Assembly: GCA_023481335.1 (NCBI GenBank)
Contig: JAMCWI010000102.1
Location: 1 to 26,493, forward strand
DNA from: Bacillota bacterium
GTDB lineage: Bacteria; Bacillota; Desulfotomaculia; Desulfotomaculales; Desulfotomaculaceae
DNA: 26,493 nucleotides
Direction: 5' to 3'
Shown here: positions 17,994 to 26,493 of the stretch, one piece after another
Layout: every line of letters starts with the position of its first letter
Numbering within the stretch: position 1 is the first letter of the stretch
Position numbers and translations under genes: made by a program
The notes under the pieces: generated by a model
The model's input: only the letters and a program-made list of their open reading frames with translations
Database searches by the model: none
Told to the model about the DNA's origin: nothing

Positions 17994-18434
17994 TTAAATC
18001 ACCTCGGTTTTTCCACCGGCCGCCGCGATTTTTTCCGCAGCCGATTTACTGAAGGCGTGGGCAAGTACGGTAAGGGCTTTTTGCAGTTCCCCATCCCCAA
18101 GTATCTTGATCCCGTCTCCGGTTTTCTTTATCACCCGGGCGTCGAGCAATGTTTCAGGCGATACGGTCGCGCCGTTTTCAAAACGGTTTAACTCACTGAC
18201 ATTAATGGATATGATCTCCTTGCTAAACTTGTTGTAAAAACCCCGTTTGGGCATCCGGCGCTGCAGCGGCATTTGGCCGCCCTCGAAACCGGGCCGTACA
18301 CCGCCGCCGGAGCGCGACTTCTGGCCTTTGTGACCGCGGCCTGCCGTTTTGCCCAGTCCTGAACCGATTCCCTGACCCTTGCGGACAGGCTTCGACCTGG
18401 CCCCGGGGGCTGGTTTCAATTCGTGCAGTTTCAC
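17994..18434 (-). CDS. rplO: 50S ribosomal protein L15
   Basis: [23 protein letters not shown]...[15 protein letters not shown]. Confidence 0.99.
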   Translation of the reverse strand: MKLHELKPAPGARSKPVRKGQGIGSGLGKTAGRGHKGQKSRSGGGVRPGFEGGQMPLQRRMPKRGFYNKFSKEIISINVSELNRFENGATVSPETLLDARVIKKTGDGIKILGDGELQKALTVLAHAFSKSAAEKIAAAGGKTEVI

Positions 18435-18448
18435 TTCAACACCTCCCC

Positions 18449-18628
18449 CTACGCCTCTTCGACACGCAAAAGATGTTTAACTTTATTGATCATTCCCCTA
18501 ATTTGCGGGGAATCCTCCTGCTCAACCGAGCTGTTTAGTTTGCCAAGCCCGAGTGTCCGCACGGTGACGCGCTGATCCTGCGGGCGCCCAATGGGGCTCC
18601 TTACCAGGGTAATCTTTAACTTGGCCAC
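18449..18628 (-). CDS. rpmD: 50S ribosomal protein L30 (59 aa, not in ORF track)
   Basis: [61 protein letters not shown], translated by hand. Confidence 0.97.
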   Translation of the reverse strand: MAKLKITLVRSPIGRPQDQRVTVRTLGLGKLNSSVEQEDSPQIRGMINKVKHLLRVEEA

Positions 18629-18639
18629 TGTACTCCCCC

Positions 18640-19140
18640 CTAACCGAGCAGTTCTTCTACTGTCTTTCCTCGCAAATACGCCACTTGTTCCGGCGTCTTC
18701 AAGCTTCTAAGCGCCGCGATGGTAGCGTGGACCATGTTGTTGGCGTTGTTCGAGCCCAGAGACTTGGTGAGTATGTCCCGCACCCCGGCCAGTTCCAGGA
18801 TCGCCCGCACCGGGCCGCCTGCAATCACTCCGGCGCCGGGAGCGGCCGGTTTTAGCAGTACCCTGCCGGCGCCAAACTCACCAATCACCTCGTGGGGGAT
18901 GGTAGTACCGGACAGTGGTACAATGATCAGCGATTTTTTAGCGTCTTCTATGCCTTTGCGGATAGCCTCCGGTACCTCACCGGCCTTGCCCAGTCCGGCT
19001 CCCACGTGCCCGTTGCTGTCTCCCACCACAACCAGGGCAGAAAAGCTGAACCGCCTGCCGCCCTTAACTACCTTTGCAACCCGGTTGATAAAGACAACCT
19101 TTTCAGATAGTTCAAGTTTGTTGGCGTCAATTCTTGCCAC
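18640..19140 (-). CDS. rpsE: 30S ribosomal protein S5
   Basis: [24 protein letters not shown]...[13 protein letters not shown]. Confidence 0.99.
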   Translation of the reverse strand: MARIDANKLELSEKVVFINRVAKVVKGGRRFSFSALVVVGDSNGHVGAGLGKAGEVPEAIRKGIEDAKKSLIIVPLSGTTIPHEVIGEFGAGRVLLKPAAPGAGVIAGGPVRAILELAGVRDILTKSLGSNNANNMVHATIAALRSLKTPEQVAYLRGKTVEELLG

Positions 19141-19166
19141 CTGTTTACCTCCTTTTTACCTTCGTC

Positions 19167-19411
19167 GGGGACATACCTGTCACTCTAAAATCGGGGACAT
19201 TCCTTCGCTGAGGAAACTAAATTTTGTAAAATCGGGGACATTCCTTTACTTTAATCGGGGACATTCCTTCGCTGAAAGAAACAAAATTTAAAAATATTGT
19301 CCTGATGATGTTAGAAGAGTAAATGAAATTACTAAAAAAACCGAGAAGGTGTGTCCCCGCACCTTAGCTGGTGTGTCCCCGCACCTTAGACAGGTGTGTC
19401 CCCTTTCCTTA
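19167..19411. repeat. GGGGACA element, divergent copy (core 19257-19358) with 4 left units and 3 right units
   Basis: GGGGACA at 19167, 19193, 19234, 19257; three right GGTGTGTCCCCnnnCCTTA units nearly identical to 9526-9590; interior AT-rich and different. Confidence 0.92.
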
Positions 19412-19777
19412 AAACTCCAGTCCGCCTTCCCGGGCCGCGTCGGCCAAGGCCTTGACCCGGCCGTGGTAGACATAGCCGGCACGGTCAAAAACTACTTTCG
19501 CAATTCCGGCTTCCCTGGCTTTTCGGGCCAGAAGCCCGCCCACCGCAACAGCAGCTTCCTTGTTGCATTTATTATAATGCTTTTCTTTTAATTCCGGCGA
19601 CATGGTGGAGGCAGACACGAGTGTAACTCCTCGGCTGTCGTCGATCACCTGCGCGTAAATATTGTTCAAGCTGCGGTAGATATTCAACCTGGGCCTTTCA
19701 ACACTGCCGGAAATCTTTCTTCGCACGCGGCTGTGTCTTTTAGCCCGTAAAACATTTCGGTCGGGACGATTGATCAC
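19409..19777 (-). CDS. rplR: 50S ribosomal protein L18
   Basis: [18 protein letters not shown]...YAQVIDD...[28 protein letters not shown]. Confidence 0.99.
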   Translation of the reverse strand: MINRPDRNVLRAKRHSRVRRKISGSVERPRLNIYRSLNNIYAQVIDDSRGVTLVSASTMSPELKEKHYNKCNKEAAVAVGGLLARKAREAGIAKVVFDRAGYVYHGRVKALADAAREGGLEF

Positions 19778-19832
19778 TTGTCACGTCACTCCTTACTTTC
19801 ATCTGGTACCGGATTCATAAATGGTTCGCGTG

Positions 19833-19939
19833 CAACTGGATACCGGATGTCAGACTTTAGTGCGAATTGTTACAACTACTTTTAATTTCTCCTTAACCTG
19901 CCCTTGCCTCCGGCCACCGGCTTCCGGGCTTCAGGCTTA
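19833..19939. repeat. degenerate inverted heptamer-array element (CCGGAAG type) between rplF and rplR
   Basis: CTGGATA-CCGGATG-TCAGACT (19836-19856) versus CCTCCGG-CCACCGG-CTTCCGG-GCTTCAGG (19907-19935). Confidence 0.55.
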
Positions 19940-20485
19940 CTTCTTCCCTTTGCCGCCTGCTTTACCGACCTTGCGCCGGATGTATTCTCCCTCGTACTTG
20001 ATCCCTTTGCCCTTATAGGGCTCGGGTTCCCGGACGGCACGGACTACGGCGGCAAGGGCGCCTACTTTTTCCTTGTCAATGCCCTTTATGCTGATTTTTG
20101 TCGGGACAGGCACTTCGATTTCCAGTTCGGCCTCCGGCTCTATCTCAACCGGCTTGGAATAGCCTACAGCCAGCACCAGCTTGTTCCCCTGCTTGGACGC
20201 CCGGTAGCCGACGCCCACCAGTTCCAGGTTCTTTTGAAAACCCTGCGTCACACCCAGTACCATGTTGTTAATAAGAGTGCGGGTCAAACCGTGCAAAGAC
20301 TTGTGCAGCTTGTTGTCAGTGGGCCGCTCCACTGTGATGCTTCCGTTTTCTTGCTTAATAAGCATATCCCGGTGTAGTTCTCTTTCCAACTGGCCCTTCG
20401 GGCCCTTTACCCGGACGGTGCTGCCGTCTATCAGGACGTCCACCCCTGCGGGCACCGGGATCGGCTTTTTACCAATCCTGGACAT
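19937..20485 (-). CDS. rplF: 50S ribosomal protein L6
   Basis: MSRIGKKPI...LVGVGYRA...[13 protein letters not shown]. Confidence 0.99.
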   Translation of the reverse strand: MSRIGKKPIPVPAGVDVLIDGSTVRVKGPKGQLERELHRDMLIKQENGSITVERPTDNKLHKSLHGLTRTLINNMVLGVTQGFQKNLELVGVGYRASKQGNKLVLAVGYSKPVEIEPEAELEIEVPVPTKISIKGIDKEKVGALAAVVRAVREPEPYKGKGIKYEGEYIRRKVGKAGGKGKK

Positions 20486-20524
20486 TTTGCTTTACCTCCC
20501 GCTTATCCATCATCCAGTTTGCGT

Positions 20525-20923
20525 TTACCAGATATAACAAATTACCTCGCCGCCCAAACGTTCTTTGCGCGCAGTCTTATCAGTCATAATCCCTCTTGGA
20601 GTTGAGATAATGGCGATGCCCAAACCTCCCAGAACCCTGGGGATCTGGTCTTTTCTGGCATAAACGCGCAGGCCGGGCTTGGATATTCGCTTCAAACCGG
20701 TGATCACCCGTTCTTTGTTGGTTCCATATTTAAGGTAAACCCGGATAACCCCCTGCTTGCCGTCATCAATAAATTCACAGTCCTTCACAAACCCTTCCTC
20801 TTTCAAGATGCTGGCTATGGCCTTCTTCATCTTGGAAGCCGGCGCCTCCACTTTATCGTGATGAACCGTGTTGGCGTTACGGATCCGGGTCAAGAAGTCT
20901 GCAATGGGATCGGTCATAACCAC
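20525..20923 (-). CDS. rpsH: 30S ribosomal protein S8
   Basis: [15 protein letters not shown]...[10 protein letters not shown]...[13 protein letters not shown]. Confidence 0.99.
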   Translation of the reverse strand: MVMTDPIADFLTRIRNANTVHHDKVEAPASKMKKAIASILKEEGFVKDCEFIDDGKQGVIRVYLKYGTNKERVITGLKRISKPGLRVYARKDQIPRVLGGLGIAIISTPRGIMTDKTARKERLGGEVICYIW

Positions 20924-20945
20924 GTGTGATTACCTCCTTCTAAGA

Positions 20946-21131
20946 TTACCAGCTGGCTTTCCGAACTCCCGGAATCTCACCGCGGTAGGAAAGTTCCCTA
21001 AAGCAGATCCGGCAAATCCCAAATTTGCGCATGTAACCGTGGGGACGCCCGCAAAGCTTGCATCTATTATGGACCCGCACTTGAAATTTGGGCGGGCGCA
21101 TTGACCTGTTGATCATCGACTTTTTTGCCAC
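20946..21131 (-). CDS. rpsZ: 30S ribosomal protein S14 type Z (zinc-binding)
   Basis: [26 protein letters not shown]...IPGVRKASW. Confidence 0.98.
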   Translation of the reverse strand: MAKKSMINRSMRPPKFQVRVHNRCKLCGRPHGYMRKFGICRICFRELSYRGEIPGVRKASW

Positions 21132-21148
21132 CAGCTTCCCTCCTTTTT

Positions 21149-21253
21149 GGGAAGTGAGATGTGCGATGTGAGAGGTGAGATTTTAATGTTGGAATCGGCT
21201 GCGCCGATTCCTTCACCTGTCTCTCACTTCTAACTTCTCACTTCTCACTTCTA
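21149..21253. repeat. inverted heptamer-array hairpin (GTGAGAW type) between rplE and rpsZ
   Basis: (GTGAGAT-like)x4 at 21149-21180, perfect 9-bp stem GGAATCGGC-TGC-GCCGATTCC at 21191-21211, (CTTCTCA)n at 21222-21253. Confidence 0.95.
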
Positions 21254-21255
21254 AA

Positions 21256-21798
21256 TTACGCTGCCCGGAAAGGCATGCCCATCTGCCGTAATAGTTCCTT
21301 TGCTTCTTCATCGGTCCTGGCCGTGGTCACAAAGATTATGTCCATCCCACGCACCTTGTCAATTTTGTCGTAATCGATTTCCGGAAAGATCAGCTGCTCT
21401 TTGATCCCCATGCTGTAGTTGCCCCGCCCGTCAAAGGACTTCGGAGAGATGCCCCGGAAGTCCCGCACCCTGGGAAGGGCCACGTTAAAGAGTTTGTCGA
21501 CAAATTCATACATGCGCCTGCCTCGCAGCGTCACTTTTGCCCCAACCGTCATCCCGGCGCGTAGCTTAAAAGCCGCGATTGACTTTTTCGCTTTGGTCAC
21601 TACCGGGCGCTGGCCGGTTATTATCATCAGGTCGTTAACGGCGGCGTCAACCACCTTGGAATTTTGAATTGCCTCACCCAAACCCATATTAATAACGACT
21701 TTTTCCAGCCTGGGTACCTGCATTACGTTTTTATAGCCAAACTTTTGCATCATTGCCGGCACCACATCTTTGCCGTACTTCTCCTTCAACCTGATCAT
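21256..21798 (-). CDS. rplE: 50S ribosomal protein L5
   Basis: [14 protein letters not shown]...[15 protein letters not shown]...[11 protein letters not shown]. Confidence 0.99.
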   Translation of the reverse strand: MIRLKEKYGKDVVPAMMQKFGYKNVMQVPRLEKVVINMGLGEAIQNSKVVDAAVNDLMIITGQRPVVTKAKKSIAAFKLRAGMTVGAKVTLRGRRMYEFVDKLFNVALPRVRDFRGISPKSFDGRGNYSMGIKEQLIFPEIDYDKIDKVRGMDIIFVTTARTDEEAKELLRQMGMPFRAA

Positions 21799-21817
21799 TG
21801 TTCTTTACCTCCCTTCT

Positions 21818-21929
21818 GGGACGTGAGATGTGTGATTTGGGAGGTGTGAGGTGTGATTTCAAGGTGGAAATCGGCGAAGCCGATTTCTTCATCTGTTCCC
21901 ACTTCTCACTTCCCACTTCTCACCTCTCA
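21818..21929. repeat. inverted heptamer-array hairpin (GTGAGAW type) between rplX and rplE
   Basis: Left array 21818-21856, perfect 9-bp stem GAAATCGGC-GAA-GCCGATTTC at 21867-21887, (CTTCTCA/CTTCCCA)n at 21897-21929. Confidence 0.95.
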
Positions 21930-22247
21930 AATGACTTCTCCGCATTTCTTGCAGATGCGGGTTTTTTCACCGTTGTCGAGAAATTTCCGGCCCACCCGGG
22001 TAGGCCGGTTGCACTTGTTGCAAAATAACATTACATTTGAGCTGTGGATCGCGGCCTCCCTGGCCACAATGCCCCCCTGCGGAGCTTTCTGGGTTGGCCT
22101 GGTGTGGCGTTTGGCAATATTTACCCCTTCAATTATAACCCTGCTCTTTTCCGGGATTACTTCCAAAACCTTTCCCTTTTTGCCGATGCTCTTGCCGGCG
22201 ACAACGAGTACTGTGTCGCCCTTCTTAACATGCACCTTTGGCCTCAT
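21927..22247 (-). CDS. rplX: 50S ribosomal protein L24
   Basis: HVKKGDTVLVVAGK..GKKGKV...EGVNIAKRH...EAAIHSSNVM. Confidence 0.99.
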   Translation of the reverse strand: MRPKVHVKKGDTVLVVAGKSIGKKGKVLEVIPEKSRVIIEGVNIAKRHTRPTQKAPQGGIVAREAAIHSSNVMLFCNKCNRPTRVGRKFLDNGEKTRICKKCGEVI

Positions 22248-22269
22248 TGTTTAAATCTCACCTCCAGTT

Positions 22270-22330
22270 CAGTCGTCAGTCACCTGTCACCAGGCTTGTC
22301 GAAATTCAGCTTTGCCTGACGTCTGACGGT
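22270..22330. repeat. short inverted heptamer-array element
   Basis: CAGTCGT-CAGTCAC-CTGTCAC-CAGG versus CCTGACG-TCTGACG. Confidence 0.6.
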
Positions 22331-22490
22331 CTAAGGAAAGGGGATACGCCTGTCAATGGTATGGGGACACACCTTCTTGGTTTCTAAGTAATCCAACTCT
22401 TTATTTTCACGAATCAAGGAGTGGGGTCGCATCACGTTTCATTCTCCAAGCGAAGGAATGTCACCAACTTTACAGTGAAGGAATGTCCCC
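22331..22490. repeat. GGGGACA element copy (core 22363-22465), inverted relative to copy 1
   Basis: Two CTAAGG-type units on the left, two GAAGGAATGTCmCC units on the right. Confidence 0.95.
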
Positions 22491-22508
22491 TTATCGGACG
22501 TCCGACGA

Positions 22509-22877
22509 CTATAATACTTCCGGGGCCAGGGAAATTATTTTCATAAACTCGCGATCCCTGAGTTCTCTGGCTACAGGGCCGAAGATCCGGGTGCCGCGGG
22601 GGCTCTTGTCGTCCTTGATTACGACGGCGGCATTTTCGTCAAACTTGATATACGATCCGTCGGGCCGCCGTACTTCCTTCTTGGTGCGCACCACCACGGC
22701 CTTTACTACCTCCCCCTTTTTGACGACGCCACCGGGGGACGCCTCCTTTACCGAGCATATAATGATATCCCCAATACTGGCGTAACGGTGCAAAGACCCG
22801 CCCAGGACGCGGATACACATCAACCTGCGGGCGCCGGTATTGTCTGCAACCTTCAACATGGTCTGGACCTGTATCAC
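22509..22877 (-). CDS. rplN: 50S ribosomal protein L14
   Basis: [17 protein letters not shown]...IKFDENAAV...[12 protein letters not shown]...IISLAPEVL. Confidence 0.99.
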   Translation of the reverse strand: MIQVQTMLKVADNTGARRLMCIRVLGGSLHRYASIGDIIICSVKEASPGGVVKKGEVVKAVVVRTKKEVRRPDGSYIKFDENAAVVIKDDKSPRGTRIFGPVARELRDREFMKIISLAPEVL

Positions 22878-22900
22878 GCCTAAAACCTCCTAATCCCACA

Positions 22901-23167
22901 TCACATTTGTTCTGCTCTTTCCAGGATGTCCACAACCCGCCAGCGCTTTTCTTTAGAGAGAGGCCGGGTTTCCATTATTTTAACTTTATCGCCTATACGG
23001 CAGGAATTTTTTTCATCATGCGCCTTGAACTTCCTGGTACGACGGGAGGTACGCTGATACAGGGGGTGCCTTACCAGGGTTTCGACCGCCACAACCACGG
23101 TCTTATCCATTTTATCGCTTACCACCTTGCCGGTGACAACCTTTCGTACTCCTTGCCCTTCCGCCAA
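22901..23167 (-). CDS. rpsQ: 30S ribosomal protein S17
   Basis: [14 protein letters not shown]...HPLY...KAHDE...ETRPLSK.KRW. Confidence 0.99.
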   Translation of the reverse strand: MAEGQGVRKVVTGKVVSDKMDKTVVVAVETLVRHPLYQRTSRRTRKFKAHDEKNSCRIGDKVKIMETRPLSKEKRWRVVDILERAEQM

Positions 23168-23185
23168 AACTATACCTCCCTCCGT

Positions 23186-23248
23186 TGAGAAGTGAGATGT
23201 GTGAGGTTGGAAGTGAGAAAAATTATTGGCTGCTTCCCTGCCTCACTT
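23186..23248. repeat. degenerate GTGAGAW-type heptamer element between rpmC and rpsQ
   Basis: TGAGAAG-TGAGATG-TGTGAGG-TTGGAAG-TGAGAA, a GGCTGC remnant of the central hairpin, and a short CCTCACTT right arm. Confidence 0.75.
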
Positions 23249-23275
23249 TATCCTTTAGAACCTGGCGCCTGTATG

Positions 23276-23479
23276 TCAGGCCCGCTGGATGCCCAGTTCC
23301 CGTTCCCGCATGACGGTCCTTACCCGGGCTATTTTCCGTCTCGTTTCCTTTAACTTCATCGGGTTATCCAATTGCCCGGTGGCCATCTGAAAACGAAGTC
23401 TAAACAGTTCATCTTTCGAGTCGTGCAGCTTTTTGGCCAGTTCGGCATCGGTGAATTCCTTCAATTCCTTAACTTTCAT
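23276..23479 (-). CDS. rpmC: 50S ribosomal protein L29
   Basis: MKVKELKE...[16 protein letters not shown]...[10 protein letters not shown]. Confidence 0.98.
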   Translation of the reverse strand: MKVKELKEFTDAELAKKLHDSKDELFRLRFQMATGQLDNPMKLKETRRKIARVRTVMRERELGIQRA

Positions 23480-23900
23480 TGACCTCACCTGCTTCCCCGC
23501 GTTTAACAAATTTAGTTTTTATCGGTAGCTTGTGGGACGCCAGCCGCAAGGCTTCAACGGCGATCTCCTCGCTGATACCGGCAAGTTCAAACATGATCCG
23601 GCCCGGCTTTACCACCGCCACCCAATACTCGGGGTTACCCTTTCCCGAACCCATCCGGGTTTCGGCCGGTTTTGCGGTAACGGGCTTGTCGGGGAAAATC
23701 CTGATCCAAACTTTGCCGCCCCGCTTGATGTAACGGGTCATGGCGACACGCGCCGCCTCAATCTGGCGGTTGGTTATCCAGGCCGGCTCCATGGCCATAA
23801 GGCCGTATTCGCCGAAATCAATCTCTTTACCACCCTTGGCCTTTCCTTCCATGCGGCCGCGGTGCTGTTTTCTAAATTTAACCCTCTTCGGTATGAGCAT
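23469..23900 (-). CDS. rplP: 50S ribosomal protein L16
   Basis: [15 protein letters not shown]...[10 protein letters not shown]...RMGSGKG. Confidence 0.99.
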   Translation of the reverse strand: MLIPKRVKFRKQHRGRMEGKAKGGKEIDFGEYGLMAMEPAWITNRQIEAARVAMTRYIKRGGKVWIRIFPDKPVTAKPAETRMGSGKGNPEYWVAVVKPGRIMFELAGISEEIAVEALRLASHKLPIKTKFVKRGEAGEVNES

Positions 23901-24597
23901 CTTTACCTGCCTCCTTCACCGGAGGCCGCCGCCCTTCTGCAGGCCGGGGCCTGGGAGAAACCTTGGCTTCCGGTAAAACTTCTCCCCGGTATATCCAGAC
24001 TTTGATTCCGATTTTGCCGTAAGTGGTTTTTGCCTCGGCAAATCCGTAGTCAATGTTTGCCCTCAAGGTATGCAGAGGCACCTTGCCCTCGCTGTACCAT
24101 TCGGTGCGGGCAATTTCAGCGCCGGCCAGGCGTCCAGAACACATGACTTTGATCCCCTTGGCGCCCATTTTCATGGAGCGGGAAACAACCTGCTTCATGG
24201 CCCTTCTAAAAGCAATACGCTTTTCAATCTGGGCCGCCGCGTTTTCGGCCACCAGTTGGGCGTCGAGTTCCGGCACCTTTATTTCAACAATGTTTACACT
24301 TACTTGTTTGCTTGTAATTTTCTCAAGAGTCTTGCGCAGGTTTTCCACTTCCGCGCCGCCCCGGCCGATTACGATACCCGGCTTGGCAGTATGGATGGAA
24401 ACCTTCACCCTGTTGGCCGCCCGCTCGATCTGGATGCGGGAAATACCGGCGGCATATAGCTTCTTTTTTATGAATTCCCGTATTTTTATGTCCTCGTGCA
24501 ATAGCGGGGCAAAATTCTTTTTATCGGCAAACCATTTCCCTTCCCAGTCACGGATGATGCCGATACGCAGGCCTTTGGGATTTACTTTTTGGCCCAA
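23878..24597 (-). CDS. rpsC: 30S ribosomal protein S3
   Basis: [15 protein letters not shown]...PGIVIGRGG...[11 protein letters not shown]...[12 protein letters not shown]. Confidence 0.98.
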   Translation of the reverse strand: MGQKVNPKGLRIGIIRDWEGKWFADKKNFAPLLHEDIKIREFIKKKLYAAGISRIQIERAANRVKVSIHTAKPGIVIGRGGAEVENLRKTLEKITSKQVSVNIVEIKVPELDAQLVAENAAAQIEKRIAFRRAMKQVVSRSMKMGAKGIKVMCSGRLAGAEIARTEWYSEGKVPLHTLRANIDYGFAEAKTTYGKIGIKVWIYRGEVLPEAKVSPRPRPAEGRRPPVKEAGKDAHTEEG

Positions 24598-24599
24598 AA

Positions 24600-24941
24600 T
24601 CAACCCTCCTTAGTATCGCTGACCACAATGGTGATGTGGCTGCTGCGCTTGCGCTGGAGATCGGCCCTGCCCATGGCCCGCGCCGAAAATCGCTTTAAGG
24701 TCGGCCCCTGGTCGACAAAGGCACCCTTGACAAAGAGTTCGTCCCTGTCGGCCTGAAGGTTATGCTCAGCATTGGCCGTGGCAGACTTAAGCACCTTGGT
24801 GACAGCCATTGATGCCCTTTTCGGCGTATATTGCAAAATGGCTAGTGCTTCACTTACTTTTTTCCCCCGGATAAGGTCCACCACCAGGCGCACCTTTCTC
24901 GGGGATATCCTGATATATTTGGCAATGGCTCTTGCTTCCAT
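24600..24941 (-). CDS. rplV: 50S ribosomal protein L22
   Basis: [18 protein letters not shown]...GPTLKR..ARAMGRA. Confidence 0.99.
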   Translation of the reverse strand: MEARAIAKYIRISPRKVRLVVDLIRGKKVSEALAILQYTPKRASMAVTKVLKSATANAEHNLQADRDELFVKGAFVDQGPTLKRFSARAMGRADLQRKRSSHITIVVSDTKEG

Positions 24942-24964
24942 CTTATTTACCCCCTCGTGAAAGC

Positions 24965-25249
24965 TTACTTCAACGCGGTTGACCTTTCCGTGTGGTGGCC
25001 GTGGCCCCTGAAATGCCTGGTGGAAGCGAACTCACCAAGCTTGTGGCCGACCATGTCTTCTGTAATATATACAGGTATGTGCTTCTTCCCGTCGTGAACC
25101 GCAATGGTGTGTCCCACCATCTGCGGGAAAATAGTCGACGCTCTCGACCAGGTCTTGATCACTTTCTTCTCGTTGGCTTCGTTCATCTTCTCAATTTTGG
25201 CCAGAAGCTTTTCCGCCACATAAGGACCCTTTTTTAAAGAACGTCCCAA
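24965..25249 (-). CDS. rpsS: 30S ribosomal protein S19
   Basis: [10 protein letters not shown]...[25 protein letters not shown]. Confidence 0.99.
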   Translation of the reverse strand: MGRSLKKGPYVAEKLLAKIEKMNEANEKKVIKTWSRASTIFPQMVGHTIAVHDGKKHIPVYITEDMVGHKLGEFASTRHFRGHGHHTERSTALK

Positions 25250-25268
25250 AGATTTTAACCCTCCTTTT

Positions 25269-25551
25269 CAGTAGTCAGTAGTCTGTAGTCTGTCGGTCTA
25301 AGGTATGGGGACACACCTTCTTGGGTTCTAAGTGATCCAACTCTTTATTTTCGCGAATCAAGGAGTGGGGTAGCATCACGTTTCATTTTCCAAGCGAAGG
25401 AATGTCCCCAACTTTACAGGTAATCGGTAAAAGATACGTTAAAGTTCCAGCATCGACTGTATCTAATTTCCCAGGCAGTCGCCCGGTGGTAAAGTGCCTG
25501 CCGGCAGGCAGCGTTCAATTAATTCTGACTACTGACTACCGACTACCGCTA
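25269..25551. repeat. TAGTCAG-type inverted heptamer element hosting a GGGGACA element
   Basis: (CAGTAGT-like)x4 at 25269-25297 and (CTGACTA)x3 at 25525-25545 enclose the 103-bp core. Confidence 0.9.
25298..25419. repeat. GGGGACA element copy (core 25307-25409), one unit at each end
   Basis: 97/103 identical to 22363-22465; both are followed by AACTTTACAG. Confidence 0.95.
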
Positions 25552-26373
25552 CTTGGTTCTTCTCTTCACGATCAGGCGGTCGCTGGGCTTTTTCTTGCGC
25601 GTGCGCGCGCCGAGCGCCGGTTTGCCCCACGGGGTAACGGGGTTGCGGCCGATTGGCGAGCGGCCCTCGCCGCCGCCGTGCGGGTGGTCGACCGGGTTCA
25701 TCACGACGCCGCGCACAGTCGGGCGGATCCCCATCCAGCGCTTGCGGCCGGCTTTACCGACAGTGATGTTTTCGTGATCGACGTTCCCCACCTGGCCGAT
25801 GGTGGCCCGGCATACCTGTAGTAAAAGACGCATCTCGCCCGAAGGCATCCGGATGTTTGCGTACTTGCCTTCCTTGGCCATTAACTGCGCCGATGCTCCG
25901 GCAGAGCGGACGAGTTGGCCGCCTGCCCCGGGCTTAAGCTCGATATTGTGGATCATTGTGCCCACCGGAATATTTTTTAACGGCAGCGTATTGCCCACCT
26001 TAATATCGGCTTCCGGACCGGACATAACGGTCTGTCCCACAGTCATGCCAACCGGTGCGATGATGTAACGCTTTTCGCCGTCAGCGTAATGCAAAAGAGC
26101 AATCCTGGACGCCCTGTTGGGGTCGTACTCAATCGTTGCCACTTTGGCCGGAATACCGTCTTTATTGCGCTTAAAATCAATAATCCGGTACATTCGCTTG
26201 TGCCCGCCGCCCTGGTGCCTTACCGTAATCCGGCCGCCGTCATTGCGCCCGCCCCTGTTTTTCAAAGGTTTTAAGAGTGATTTTTCGGGCTCGGTAGAGG
26301 TTATTTCGTCAAAGGTCGAAACGGTTACAAACCGCCGGCCGGGCGAGGTTGGTTTAAATTTCTTTACACCCAA
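25549..26373 (-). CDS. rplB: 50S ribosomal protein L2
   Basis: [17 protein letters not shown]...IEYDPNR...[18 protein letters not shown]; TTG 26373 chosen from SD spacing. Confidence 0.99.
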   Translation of the reverse strand: MGVKKFKPTSPGRRFVTVSTFDEITSTEPEKSLLKPLKNRGGRNDGGRITVRHQGGGHKRMYRIIDFKRNKDGIPAKVATIEYDPNRASRIALLHYADGEKRYIIAPVGMTVGQTVMSGPEADIKVGNTLPLKNIPVGTMIHNIELKPGAGGQLVRSAGASAQLMAKEGKYANIRMPSGEMRLLLQVCRATIGQVGNVDHENITVGKAGRKRWMGIRPTVRGVVMNPVDHPHGGGEGRSPIGRNPVTPWGKPALGARTRKKKPSDRLIVKRRTK

Positions 26374-26421
26374 AGGTGACACACCTCCTTTTTACAGGAA
26401 ACTTAAAAATCTTATAAAGTC

Positions 26422-26493
26422 TCAAATCCTTCAATTTTATCGCCTTTACGAAGGGTCACGATTGCTTTTTTACGGTCGGGGGTCTTGCCCCAG
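26422..26493 (-). CDS. rplW: 50S ribosomal protein L23, 3' end only
   Basis: WGKTPDRKKAIVTLRKGDKIEGFETL*, directly upstream of rplB. Confidence 0.93.

Noticed and set aside
19288-19488. ORFs crossing repeats (also 9508-9759, 21731-21916, 21853-22254, 25402-25821)
   Set aside because: Shadow frames; their shared peptides (GDTPAKVRGHTF, SHFSLPTSH) merely reflect the DNA repeats.
23878-23960. rpsC C-terminal extension overlapping rplP by 23 nt
   Set aside because: Variable low-complexity S3 tails and short overlaps are common.
7500-26274. Numerous plus-strand and alternate-frame ORFs over ribosomal, ecf and secY genes
   Set aside because: Antisense shadows of GC-rich conserved genes with no recognisable motifs.

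Overview
The window has two parts, both almost entirely on the minus strand. (1) 7603-26493 is the core translation cluster of a Firmicute; gene order and proteins suggest Clostridia/Peptococcaceae-like (inference). In transcription order: rplW(partial)-rplB-rpsS-rplV-rpsC-rplP-rpmC-rpsQ-rplN-rplX-rplE-rpsZ-rpsH-rplF-rplR-rpsE-rpmD-rplO-secY-map-KOW-infA-rpmJ-rpsM-rpsK-rpsD-rpoA-rplQ-ecfA1-ecfA2-ecfT-truA, then rplM-rpsI. adk is absent from its usual place after secY. Ten spacers of this essential cluster (about 1.9 kb in total) are filled with two kinds of non-coding repeat. One is a 103-bp GGGGACA-ended element (three copies 91-94% identical, plus one 102-bp divergent copy) with variable numbers of terminal units. 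The other is a family of long hairpin elements built from inverted 7-bp tandem arrays. Many of these elements begin at the stop codon of the upstream gene, and two have contributed coding sequence. (2) 1-7266 is an accessory region holding a decayed polymorphic-toxin locus: a truncated signal-peptide surface-protein N-terminus, an SMI1/KNR4 immunity gene, an IS256 remnant, a 5'-truncated Rhs core with a PD-(D/E)xK-like C-terminal toxin, an NlpI-like TPR gene, an unknown 187-aa gene and a truncated YD/Ig gene. These are followed by a CreD-like membrane protein and a frameshifted sbcC fragment. All calls come from reading the sequence; no searches were run.
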